From positions 315,284-379,283 of the forward strand of contig JBAZKE010000001.1 of NCBI GenBank assembly GCA_041650915.1: a stretch of DNA of 64,000 bases, read 5' to 3'. Positions within the stretch are counted from its first letter, which is position 1; the number at the start of each line of letters is the position of its first letter. A program made the position numbers and the translations under genes. The notes under the pieces were generated by a model. The model saw only the letters and a program-made list of their open reading frames with translations, was not told where the DNA came from and searched no databases. The DNA is from Patescibacteria group bacterium (GTDB lineage Bacteria > Patescibacteriota > Patescibacteriia > UBA10025 > JAHIVO01). Positions 1 through 10,200 of this stretch are shown piece after piece.

Positions 1-1
1 G

Positions 2-373
2 GGCACGTACGGCACCCGTTTTTCCATAACGGATTTTGAAGGTTACGAGCTTAATACCAAAGGTCGCCGGGACTACTGGAGCATTCTCGAGCTGCGGTCG
101 AGCTACATCAGCGATACGCTGCATGCGATCAATAGCATCGAAAATAGCGCCGAGCGGCAGAAGCTCCGCTTGGAGCTCGATCGGATCGAGGCAATCGACA
201 ACGATACGGAGTTTCTGACAGAAATGAATTTGCTGTGGGGCACGATCAACCTGATGATTACGAGCGGCAGCAGCGGTACGGATGAGCCGGCCGCGCAGAG
301 GACTGAAGCAGAGCCGGTACAAACTGATAGCGCGGCGCCGGGATCCGCCGCTGAGCCTGCAGCCGCACAGTAA
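2..373 (+). CDS. hypothetical protein, 5'-truncated by the window edge
   Basis: Frame +2 is open from base 2 (GTYGTRFSITDFEGYELNTKGRRDYWSILELRSSY...) to the TAA at 371-373; Ala/Pro-rich C-terminus. Confidence 0.6.
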   Translation, partial: GTYGTRFSITDFEGYELNTKGRRDYWSILELRSSYISDTLHAINSIENSAERQKLRLELDRIEAIDNDTEFLTEMNLLWGTINLMITSGSSGTDEPAAQRTEAEPVQTDSAAPGSAAEPAAAQ

Positions 374-531
374 AAAACAGCCCACATCGGGGCTCTACAG
401 CTCGCGGCGGCCTTTGATCGGGGGCGAGGCTCTGTATCCCGGGGCAACGTCTCAGCTGTGTATGGCGGTTTGGCGAGCGCGGCGGCAAGCGGCCTGTTGC
501 ATTTTCACTATAAGCATGTACAATAGAAAAA

Positions 532-3500
532 ATGGATACTGTCATCATTGCATGCGTTGCAGCGATCGCACTGATTATCGTTATATCCGCGCTGCTCAAT
601 AACATTCCCAGGAAAATCGGCCTGAGGAACGTCTGGCGCCGTAAGAGCAATACGGCGCTCGTTGTCATCGGTTCAATGATCGCGACAGCGCTGATCACGT
701 CGTCTTTGGTGTTGCAGGATTCCATGGATAAAACGTTCTATAACCAGGTACTGGAAAATGAGGGTGAAATCGACGCGAATATCAGCTTTGAGCCGAAGAC
801 TGAAACCGCAACTCCGTTTACTGCGGTGGCAGGAGCGGATCTGGACGCCCTCATGCAGCGCTTAACCGGTGACAGGGTTGACGGCGCCATGCCTGTTTTT
901 CGGATCATGACGTCCCCGTTTTCTATCAATGAAGCAGGGGAGCCGCAGCTGCAGTCGTACAATATTCTGCTCACGGCGCTGAGACCGGAAGATGCCGCTG
1001 CGTTCGGTTCGGATCCGGTATCCATGGATTTCGGGGATTCGAATACGAATGTCATTCTCTCGACCCAGCTTGCGGACGAGCTCGAGGCGCAGGTTGGCAC
1101 GAGGATAAGCTTTACCTATTATGAGCAGTCATTCCAGCTGACGGTGCACAGCATCATGGAGCCGAACGGGATCGTGGGGAACCGCGGGTACGTGGTTAAC
1201 CGGTCTTTGCTGACCGGTGCATTTGGCCTGCCGGAAAATTCTGGGCAGTACATCCTGGTTTCGCACGCAGGCGGCGTCCGCCCGGAAGAATATGACGGCC
1301 CCGCGTTTACCACTGTGTTGGACGGGCTGCTGGCAAGCGCCAGCCCAGAGGGTATTACGAGCATCGTTACCGAGACAAAAGAGCAAGCCCTGGACGGCTA
1401 CGGCATGGGGAATTTCGTTCTGCTGCTGCTGGCCATCAGCATTTTCGGATCGTGCGTCGGCACGCTGCTGATTATCAGCCTGTATTCCATGCTGGCAGCC
1501 GAGCGCAAGTCGGAGATGGGAATCATGCGCGCGATCGGCTTCACGCGCGGCGGCCTGGTAAAAACGTTTGTCTATGAAGGCTTCGTGTATTCGCTTCTTG
1601 CATCACTGACCGGCACCGTGGTCGGCATCGGGCTCGGGAGCTGGCTCGTGAATTCCTTCGTGGGCATGTTCGGCGGCCTTTTTGATGCGCTCCAGCAAGG
1701 CCCGATGCTCGATTTCGAGTTCGACTATACGCTCCGAAGCCTGGCCATCGGCGCTTCCTCCGGCTTTATTTTCACCATCATCACAGTCATTATTTCCAGT
1801 TATGCGTTTAGCAAGATCAATATCGTGAACGCCATCCGGCGCTTGCCCGACATCACAGTATACCGGTGGAAGCTCGGGACGGTCGTTTCGCTTGCCTGGA
1901 AATGCTTGCTGCTCGTAATCGGCGCGGCAAGCGTGGTGCTTTCCACCATGCTGCCTGACATGCTCACCACGATGCGCGGACAGGCTGGATCAGCCGTTGC
2001 TAACATGACGGAATCCAGCTACAAAATGACAACGGACGTAGCTTGCGGTTACCTGCAGTATTTCGGCGTGTTGGTCCTCATCTGGATAGCGGCGCTTGCC
2101 CTTATCCAGTTTGTTAAAATCGCCAAACAGCGCGACATTTCCCGCTGGACATTCCGGGCGGCGAGCGTACTGAGCATCGTCTTCAATGCGTTTATCCAGC
2201 GGTTTCCCGCGATCGACAAGGCGATCGAGCATGATACCGGCGCCGTGCTGTTTTTCTTTTCTGGCGGCATGCTGGTCATTTCGGCCGCGGTGCTGATAGC
2301 GTTCAGCCTCGACGCTATTGTCAAGCTGATTGACCTGTTTTTTCGGCGGTTTGGGAAGCTCAACCTGGTGTTCCGCATGGGACTGCGGTATCCGGACGCG
2401 AATGCATCCCGAACCGGCATGACGCTCATCATGTTTTCCCTGATAATCTACCTAGTTGTTTTTATCAGCAGCATTAAAACTTCGATCAATACGGCTACGG
2501 ACGAAATGCGCACCAATGCGCTCGGGGGCTATAGCATTGACATTGTTTTCAGCCAGAACGCCGAACAAGCGGAACTGTCCGATTCGATACAAATACTCCA
2601 GTCTAGTGCCGGCGTACAATCAGCCGCCGGGGTGATAGAAATGCCGGTAGTACTGCCGAATAGTGCGCCGCTCAAATCAGCGTCCGCTGCTGCAGCCGCC
2701 ATGCATGAGATACCGGAACATGCGTTTGGCACCCGGCTCGTGGCCGCTCCGGCTGAGTTCATGAAATCCATGGAGCCGGTGTTCGAGGCTATCCATCCTG
2801 ATTACGCTGATCCTGATGCGGTGTGGGCTGCCTTGGAACAAGACAGCTCAAAAATAGTTTTAGGAGGAGGATTCGACCGGCGTGAAGGCGAGGAGCTGGC
2901 TGACGGCACTAAGCTGCAAGTTTTTGTGCCAGGGGATACTATCACCATCGCTGACCAGGCGAATGCTGTGGCGGCTGAAAAAACCATCATCGCCACGATC
3001 AAGTACGAAGGCGAGGGCTTCGGCGGCATTAATAATGAGTATACCAGCCAGCTGATCGGCGGGCCAAACAGCGTAGCTGACACGTTTGGAGCAGAGTTGG
3101 TCAATACGTACGCGTATCGCGAGCTTTTGGTCATTGAAAAAGAGGGGATCATGAAAGCAGACCTGGTGAAGCAGATAAAAAAAGACCTCCTTGGCAAGAA
3201 TATCTCCTACATTATGGATATCGACCTGATGCTCGGCGCCGCATTTGAGCTTATAAATTCGATTTTGCTTTTATTGCAGGGCTTTTTATCCCTCAACCTG
3301 CTTATCGGTTCGGCTGGTCTCGCGATCATCATCGCCCGCGCGGTGCATGAGCGCCGCCAGCAGATCGGCATGCTGCGTTCGCTCGGATTCAAGCGGTCTA
3401 TGGTACTCGGCGTCTTTTTCATCGAATCGACTTTCGTCGCCCTCCTCAGCATTGCCATCGGCGTCAGCATGGGGCTTGTGTCTGTCAATACGTTTTTCAA

Positions 3501-3660
3501 AATCATGATGGAGGGGGAAGGCATGAAGCTCGTGTATCCGTTCCAGGAAATCGGCATCATCGTTGGCGGGGTGTACCTCTTGGCGATCCTGCTGTCGATG
3601 TGGCCGGCATTCAAAGCTTCGCGCTTGTCTCCGGTTGAGGCGACCAATTACCCTGAATAA
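532..3660 (+). CDS. FtsX/MacB-like ABC transporter permease (duplicated FtsX domains)
   Basis: 1042 aa with many TM segments. FtsX motifs ERKSEMGIMRAIGF and ERRQQIGMLRSLGF; C-terminal PAFKASRLSPVEA. Confidence 0.92.
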   Translation: MDTVIIACVAAIALIIVISALLNNIPRKIGLRNVWRRKSNTALVVIGSMIATALITSSLVLQDSMDKTFYNQVLENEGEIDANISFEPKTETATPFTAVAGADLDALMQRLTGDRVDGAMPVFRIMTSPFSINEAGEPQLQSYNILLTALRPEDAAAFGSDPVSMDFGDSNTNVILSTQLADELEAQVGTRISFTYYEQSFQLTVHSIMEPNGIVGNRGYVVNRSLLTGAFGLPENSGQYILVSHAGGVRPEEYDGPAFTTVLDGLLASASPEGITSIVTETKEQALDGYGMGNFVLLLLAISIFGSCVGTLLIISLYSMLAAERKSEMGIMRAIGFTRGGLVKTFVYEGFVYSLLASLTGTVVGIGLGSWLVNSFVGMFGGLFDALQQGPMLDFEFDYTLRSLAIGASSGFIFTIITVIISSYAFSKINIVNAIRRLPDITVYRWKLGTVVSLAWKCLLLVIGAASVVLSTMLPDMLTTMRGQAGSAVANMTESSYKMTTDVACGYLQYFGVLVLIWIAALALIQFVKIAKQRDISRWTFRAASVLSIVFNAFIQRFPAIDKAIEHDTGAVLFFFSGGMLVISAAVLIAFSLDAIVKLIDLFFRRFGKLNLVFRMGLRYPDANASRTGMTLIMFSLIIYLVVFISSIKTSINTATDEMRTNALGGYSIDIVFSQNAEQAELSDSIQILQSSAGVQSAAGVIEMPVVLPNSAPLKSASAAAAAMHEIPEHAFGTRLVAAPAEFMKSMEPVFEAIHPDYADPDAVWAALEQDSSKIVLGGGFDRREGEELADGTKLQVFVPGDTITIADQANAVAAEKTIIATIKYEGEGFGGINNEYTSQLIGGPNSVADTFGAELVNTYAYRELLVIEKEGIMKADLVKQIKKDLLGKNISYIMDIDLMLGAAFELINSILLLLQGFLSLNLLIGSAGLAIIIARAVHERRQQIGMLRSLGFKRSMVLGVFFIESTFVALLSIAIGVSMGLVSVNTFFKIMMEGEGMKLVYPFQEIGIIVGGVYLLAILLSMWPAFKASRLSPVEATNYPE

Positions 3661-3683
3661 TTAACTTTACTTTTCATAATCAT

Positions 3684-4388
3684 ATGGACACCTCTTCAAC
3701 AAAACCGATCGTCGAGGTCAAAAAACTCTCCAAGATATTCAACCAAGGCCGTGATAATGAAGTCGCGGCTGTCCAGGACGTGAATCTGGCGGTGCACCGC
3801 GGTGAAATCATCAGCATCATGGGCCCGGCGGTTTCCGGCAAGACGACTTTATTGAACTGCATTTCCGGCATTGATACGGCGACCGCCGGTGAGGTCATTA
3901 TCGACGGCAATGACCTTCAGGGCATGAAAGACAAGAAAAAAACCCGCTACCGGGCGGAAAAAATGGGTTTTATTTTCCAGACGTTTAACCTGATTCCCGT
4001 GCTCTCCGCGCTGGAAAATGTAGAGATCCCTTTGCTCATCGCGAAGGTCGGTTACCGAGAGGCCAAGGAAAAGGCGATTGCCATGCTTGAAATCGTGGGC
4101 CTAAAAGACCGCCTGCACCACAAGCCCAATGAGCTTTCCGGCGGGCAGCAGCAGCGGGTCACCATCGCCCGGGCGCTGGTGCACAATCCGGCCATCATCT
4201 GGGCGGACGAGCCGACCGGCAACCTGGATACAAAAACGGCGCATGAAATCATCGACCTGATGCTGAAGATCAACGGCGAGCGCAAGGAAACGTTCGTCAT
4301 GGTGACGCACGATCAAGATACTGCCAAGCGCACCCAGCGCATTCTACACATGGACAGCGGCATGATCGTCGACCAGAGCCTGTCGTAG
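3684..4388 (+). CDS. ABC transporter ATP-binding protein (LolD/MacB type)
   Basis: Walker A GPAVSGKTT, Q-loop GFIFQTFNL, signature LSGGQQQR, Walker B ADEPTGNLD, H-loop VTHD. Confidence 0.95.
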   Translation: MDTSSTKPIVEVKKLSKIFNQGRDNEVAAVQDVNLAVHRGEIISIMGPAVSGKTTLLNCISGIDTATAGEVIIDGNDLQGMKDKKKTRYRAEKMGFIFQTFNLIPVLSALENVEIPLLIAKVGYREAKEKAIAMLEIVGLKDRLHHKPNELSGGQQQRVTIARALVHNPAIIWADEPTGNLDTKTAHEIIDLMLKINGERKETFVMVTHDQDTAKRTQRILHMDSGMIVDQSLS

Positions 4389-4465
4389 CCGGACCGCTGA
4401 GCAGGCGCATCGATTCCGAAAAGGCGAACTGCTGATTACGGGGATACCGCCCTTTACGCAATAGT

Positions 4466-4495
4466 AAAACCGCCCCAGTAAACAGGGGCGGTTTT
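4466..4495. terminator. bidirectional intrinsic terminator
   Basis: AAAACCGCCCC-AGTAAACA-GGGGCGGTTTT between convergent genes. Confidence 0.8.
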
Positions 4496-4513
4496 GTGAA
4501 AAGCATTTGAGGA

Positions 4514-6001
4514 TTACTCGCTTTTAACCGGCGCGTCTTCTGCCGTTTCCTGCAGCAGTATCGGTTCGTCCAATTGGTCGCTGAAGAATTCACTGACCAA
4601 AGGTACGATGACCTGCTTTTTGTAGAAATATTCGACGGGCGGCGTTCCGATGACGGGAAACACGAGTGCGGGCACGAAGAATTCGGAAAATTGGCTACCG
4701 GTATTTTCATACGCGGCGACGTAGGCGATGACCGGATCCCCGAGCTCAACTTCGTATGTATTTTCCGGGCTGCCGTAGCTGTATTCGTAGAATCCGCCGC
4801 GAGCGGCGATGTCCAGTATCTTTTCGGCATCGGTTTCAATCGGATACGGAGAGCTTTGCATATTGAGCGCGATAATGCTGGAGACCCCGGCTACTTTATT
4901 TTCGATGAGGTTGACATCCGCCTGGAGGCCGACCGTATCCCCAAACGTCGTGTAGACGCGCTTCCCGTCGATGAGCAGCGGGTACATTACCTGCAGGGAG
5001 TCGGGTACGTACGCCTCCTCAGTACCGTCGGCATTCTGGGTTTTCTGTTCGAGCCAGTACTTATTGATTACAGGCTCGCCGTAATTCTCAACGTTGATCT
5101 TGTGATCCTCGATGAAGCGGTCGGCCAGGCTGATAATTTCAGCATCTGCAGGGATATCGCCTTCGGCTAGGGGCTGATACTCAGGGCAGACATCGCCGTC
5201 GCATCGGCTGTACTGGTACCAGGTGTTATTGGCGGAGATATTCAGATAACCGGTGAGGAGGTTGACCTCAATAGTGTAGCCATACTCTGCATCCTGCGTG
5301 AGGCTGAAGTTCTGGAGCTGTGCCTGGCTGAACGTCGAGAGGTCAACCGCATCAAGGCCGAAATTTTTTAGGTATTCAGCGGCCTGGCTGCCGGTTGTTG
5401 CGTCTGTTACTTTTTTATACACCAGCAGCGTATCCTGCGGCAGTGCCAGATCACCGTTGTAAACGTAGTGATAGTTGATGCCCTCAAAACCGGGAATCGC
5501 TGCTGCGCCGGGTTCGGTGCCCTGCACGTCGGGTGCGGTTGCCGTACCGCCCCCGCCGTATCCGCCTCCGCTCTCGCCCGCCGTAGGCTGCAAGCTGTCG
5601 ACCGGAAGATCACCGAATGCCCGGGTGGATAGCTCTTCAACACCCAGTCCATTCGAAGACAGCTGCGCTGGGGCGCCATCATTGCCCGTGCCGTTGGAAG
5701 TTATGAGGATAATGACGATAACGGCTGCGGTGCCAACGGCGGTCAGCGTGACATTGCGGAATGAGAAGAGCTTCACCCACGAAAATCCGCGCACATCTTC
5801 CTTTGGCAGCTGCTCGAACTCCCGCGCTTTCTGGAGCAGTGCAGCCCGGAGTTCCTTCTTGAAGGCTTCGTCGATTTCGGCCTTCGGCTTTTTTTGCATG
5901 AATTTCACGATTACTTTTTTCAGCTCAACTTCGTACCGGCGGAGCTTCGGTTCGATCGCATACAGCTCCTGCAGGATGCCCGTCATGTCTTTTTCGTTCA
6001 T
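4514..6001 (-). CDS. putative anti-sigma factor (single TM, large extracytoplasmic domain)
   Basis: Overlaps the ECF sigma stop by 4 nt. Charged helical N-terminus, one TM (VGTAAVIVIILI), then an acidic extracellular region. Confidence 0.7.
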   Translation of the reverse strand: MNEKDMTGILQELYAIEPKLRRYEVELKKVIVKFMQKKPKAEIDEAFKKELRAALLQKAREFEQLPKEDVRGFSWVKLFSFRNVTLTAVGTAAVIVIILITSNGTGNDGAPAQLSSNGLGVEELSTRAFGDLPVDSLQPTAGESGGGYGGGGTATAPDVQGTEPGAAAIPGFEGINYHYVYNGDLALPQDTLLVYKKVTDATTGSQAAEYLKNFGLDAVDLSTFSQAQLQNFSLTQDAEYGYTIEVNLLTGYLNISANNTWYQYSRCDGDVCPEYQPLAEGDIPADAEIISLADRFIEDHKINVENYGEPVINKYWLEQKTQNADGTEEAYVPDSLQVMYPLLIDGKRVYTTFGDTVGLQADVNLIENKVAGVSSIIALNMQSSPYPIETDAEKILDIAARGGFYEYSYGSPENTYEVELGDPVIAYVAAYENTGSQFSEFFVPALVFPVIGTPPVEYFYKKQVIVPLVSEFFSDQLDEPILLQETAEDAPVKSE

Positions 6002-6567
6002 ATGGTTATGCTGTTAATAATAATTACGATAAGCGAGGCGAGTGCGAACGCCATGTCTTCGCGGAGCCGCGCCATGGTGCGGGAGAATGCCACTTTGCAG
6101 CTCGCAGCTGATTTTCCCGTAATCTCTGCGATCTCGCGGTAGCTCAGCTGGTCCCACAGCTTCATGACAACGATCTCCCGGTGCTCGCGCTGAATCGTTG
6201 CGAGGTACTGCCTGACCGCATCGAGGCTGCGTTTCGCATCCAGGTCAACCGGGATTTCCCGGCCGTCATGCAGCCCGTACGCTCCGTCGATGCCCTCGAC
6301 GTTTTTTGCCGTACGGTAGTGGTCGATAACGCCGTTGCGTGCGATCCGGTACAGCCACGACGAGAAGGAGCCACGCGCGCTGTCAAAACGCGGCAGCGCT
6401 TCCATCGCCTTCATGAACGCCTGGCTCGTCAGGTCCTCGGCTGTTTCCCGGTGCATCGTTTTGTAGTAGATGAACCGGTAGATTTTATCCGCATAGCGGT
6501 CGTACAGTCGGGCGAACTGGCCCATATCCCCGCGCTGGCACTTTTTTATGATGTCTTTTTCGTCCAT
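5998..6567 (-). CDS. ECF-type RNA polymerase sigma-70 factor
   Basis: Region 2 AEDLTSQAFMKA...FSSWLYRIARN..ID; region 4 REIVVMKLWDQLSYREIAEITG. ATG at 6567 preferred over GTG at 6573. Confidence 0.93.
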   Translation of the reverse strand: MDEKDIIKKCQRGDMGQFARLYDRYADKIYRFIYYKTMHRETAEDLTSQAFMKAMEALPRFDSARGSFSSWLYRIARNGVIDHYRTAKNVEGIDGAYGLHDGREIPVDLDAKRSLDAVRQYLATIQREHREIVVMKLWDQLSYREIAEITGKSAASCKVAFSRTMARLREDMAFALASLIVIIINSITI

Positions 6568-6593
6568 ACGCACTTATGAACTTCCTATACCTA

Positions 6594-6622
6594 TATAACG
6601 AATGCGAAGCGAAAAGGTAACA
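6594..6622 (-). promoter_or_regulatory. candidate autoregulatory ECF promoter
   Basis: The minus strand reads TGTTAC-N16-CGTTATA just upstream of the sigma gene, similar to the SigW-type TGAAAC-N16-CGTA layout. Confidence 0.5.
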
Positions 6623-6913
6623 CTACCGTAATTGTACCACGCCTGCCAATGGAGCAAATGCTCAAATTGCAGCGGCAGTTGGTGGCCTGCGGGAGCTGAT
6701 GTAATCTTTTAGCACGCCTGGCGCGCTTGATCGTGCTTTTGGAAGGGGCACTCTATGCATCTGCTGTTTTTTGGGCGGGTTCAAAAAACGCTTCCCAAGC
6801 CCACCATGCGTGTTCTGCCGTGACCACAGTGCGGCCATGAATCAGGGAAGATTGGTGCTGTTCAGCACCGAGCATCGCTGTTTTGCAAACACTGCCCGGG
6901 ATTTTTCCGCTAC

Positions 6914-6952
6914 AAAAAAAACCGAGGTTCCTGAACAGGGAACCTCGTTTTT
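6914..6952. terminator. intrinsic terminator-like hairpin in the intergenic region
   Basis: A8-C-CGAGGTTCC-TGAACAG-GGAACCTCG-T5. Confidence 0.6.
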
Positions 6953-7080
6953 AATCAATGCTTGTGGGATTGCTCTTGTATGGCAGTCGGGCCGTAGGCC
7001 GATATAAATTTACTAGGACTTACAACAAAAATGGAGTAAGCGGGCATGCTTGGCATGTGCACATCTTCCAGGTTTATAGA

Positions 7081-7109
7081 TTGACAAAAGCCAATTTTCC
7101 CGCTATAAT
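7081..7109 (+). promoter_or_regulatory. consensus sigma-70 promoter of the surface protein gene
   Basis: Perfect TTGACA-17 nt-TATAAT. Confidence 0.85.
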
Positions 7110-7284
7110 AACGGCATACTACAAAAACACAAACCAGCCATAGGTTGAGCCGGTAAGGCCTATTGCCTATTATGGTATTTGGCGGGGAAATTCATTATGG
7201 GTTAGGAAGCGGCGCAGTGGACTGACAGCGAGCGCTGAGGTTTTTTTAATATTTTTTATATTTAATCAACGAATAAATCCGCGT

Positions 7285-10200
7285 ATGAGAGTTAGAAAAA
7301 TTGCGAAATTAATCAACGCAGCAGTAGCAGTGCTGACAATCTTCGGCATGCTCGGGCCGTTTTCCATGGGTGGCGCCCTCGTTGCCTCTGCGGCTGGGAC
7401 TGCAACGGTCATCGGCGTTGTTACCGAACCGGACGGCGTAACGCCGGTGGTAGGCGCATACGTCAATACCCACACTTCGTCGTATGGAGAATATACGTCA
7501 GTATGGACCGATTCTAACGGGGCGTTTTCGATCTCGGACGTCACATCCGGATCAAAAATTCTCGAAGTAAATGCCTACGATTCCGTATATCCGAATCCGC
7601 CGATGCTAACCATCACCGTACCGACCTCCGGCACGCTTGATGTCGGCGTCCTGCGGCTTAAGAATCCGAATGTTTCCGGGGTCGTAATGAAAGCAGATGG
7701 CGTGACGCCCGTTTCAGGCGCATGGGTAAGCGTGCACGACGGTAATTGGACTTTTTCACAAAGCGATTCCACTGGCGAGGATGGCGCATTCGGTTTTTAT
7801 CTGTCCTCCACCGGCACCTATACGATCGAAGTGTCGGCAAGCGATCCCGACGAAGTTGCGCCTGCTGCGCAAAATTTCACTTTTACGGCAGGGGGCACGA
7901 AAACATTTACGGGTGCTTCTGCTTTGAAGATGACGGTACCGGGCATGCGGGGAAAAATTATCATGCCGAACGGGACGGATCCGGCGCAATACGTCAGCGT
8001 GAACGTACACGACAATTCATACAGCTACCAGAATAGCGAATGGGTGACGACCGATACGAGCGGCATTTTCAAGACAAAATCGCTCGCGACCGGCTCCTAT
8101 ACGCTCGATGTAAACGCCTCGTCAGCCGGCAACGGGCTTATCGCTCCCGACAGTATTACCGTCAGCCTGACAGCCGGGACGACCAACACCGAGTATTTCG
8201 ATGATCCAATCCAGCTCATACAGGCCCAGAAAACGATTCAGGGAACCGTGCGGAAGCCGAATGGGGCCAAGGTCACGGATGCAACCGTATCAGCGTGGCC
8301 AATGGGCGGCGGTAATGGTTACGCATCTGCCCAGACAAACAGCCAAGGGCAGTATTCGATGCTCGTCGGAACCGGGAAATGGCAGGTGATGGTATCTCCG
8401 CAGTGGAGCGGTGACGTGCCGCCGTCATGGGGATATTATGACATGCCGGAAACAGTAACTTTCACAAAGGCGAATACGGTCGCTGAAAGCGGGACTGCCG
8501 ATTTTGAAGTATCTAGTTTTGATGCAACTATCCGAGGGCGCGTGCTTATGCCAAACGGCAGCGCTGCCGGCCAATCGGATGCGAACGTTTCGGCATGGAG
8601 TCCGGGCGGCATGGGCGGAGGTAACAATGCAAACCTTGACGCTAACGGTTATTTTTCACTTCCCGTTCCTGCGGGCACGTACCAATTGGAAATTATGCCA
8701 TTTAATAACGGGCTATACGGAGCGCCTGAACTTGACCTGGTGACGGTTGCAAGCGGCGGCAACTTGAATCTCGGTACGCTGCGATTGCTGGAAAAAAACG
8801 AATTCGTGACCGGCAAAATCGTTGATTCAAATGGCACGCCGCTCGAGAATCAGAACGTGAACGCCTGGAAGCCGTCCGGATGGGGATGGGGCTGGGCAAC
8901 GACTGACGAGAATGGCGAGTATACGCTCGGCTTGACTTCCGGTACGTGGTTTATCGATGCGATGCCCAGTGGTGGCATGGGAGGCGGAGAAGGAGACAGC
9001 GAGATAACGTATGTAAAGAGCGGCGCTCCGCAGAAAGTGGTTTTATCTTTAGGGGAAACCGAGAGCAATATCAATTTCGAGTTCACGATCGCTGATGCAA
9101 CAATCAATGGCACCGTGCAAGACAGTGAAGGCACTGTGCTCACCGACCTGTACTCCTGGATCGAGGCAACGGATGTCAACCGGACCTGGAGCAGTGAGGG
9201 CGATATGGGCGGGTGCAGCGGGCTCGGGGGCCAAGTCCAGGGCGGCAGTTTTGCGATGAAAGTGCCCCAGGGGACGTATGTCATGAACCTGTTCATGCCG
9301 TGGGGATCGGATTATACGGCGGCATCACAGGAATCGGTAACAGTCGGTGCGGGCGAAACGTATGACGGCGCCGTGGTGACCGTGCTACCGAACAACGCCA
9401 CGATCACCGGTTCGCTCCTGGACCAGGACGGTAATCCCATCACTGATGTATGGGGTGAAGTATTTGCAGATAATGGCATGGGCGGCAACCAGTGGGCTCA
9501 GTTTGAGGATGGCACATATACGCTGCGCGTTGCAGCAGGCGCCTGGCATATAGGATACTGGATTGATCCGATGTCCGGATACCTTTCGAATCCCGGAAGC
9601 GATAACACGGTGACGGCAGCAGCGGATGAAACCACGACCTATGATTTGACCCTGTTGAAAGCGGATTCGACCATCGCCGGCACGGTTGTCGACCCAGACG
9701 GCAATCCGATCTCGAATGCCTGGGTATCGGCGGATACGGAGCTTGGCGGCCGCCAGAGCACGGCAGACCAATCGATGTTTTTCGGCCCCATGTTCAACCA
9801 GGGAAATATTACGGATGAAAACGGGGCATTTTCCTTTGACGTGCCGGAAGGGACATATTTCGTATCAGCATCGCTTCCTCCATCCGAGGGCTATATCAAC
9901 CCCAAGGCTCAGCAGGTGGCGGTGAGCCCGGATAGTCCCGCTGACGTGGCGCTTGAATTCAGGATTGCGGACGGCACTATCTCCGGAACAGTCACGCTCG
10001 ATGGCGAGCCAAATGCATCGTACGTATGGGGCTGGTCAGAAGAAGGAGGCGCATCAGAAACGACAACGGTGGATGGCGCATATTCATTGAATGTCATTAA
10101 GGACGAAACGTGGCATATCGGCGCGATCTACGAAACCACAACGACATTTTACCGCAGCGATGAGAACATTATTGACGTTCCATCAAGCGGCACCGCAACA

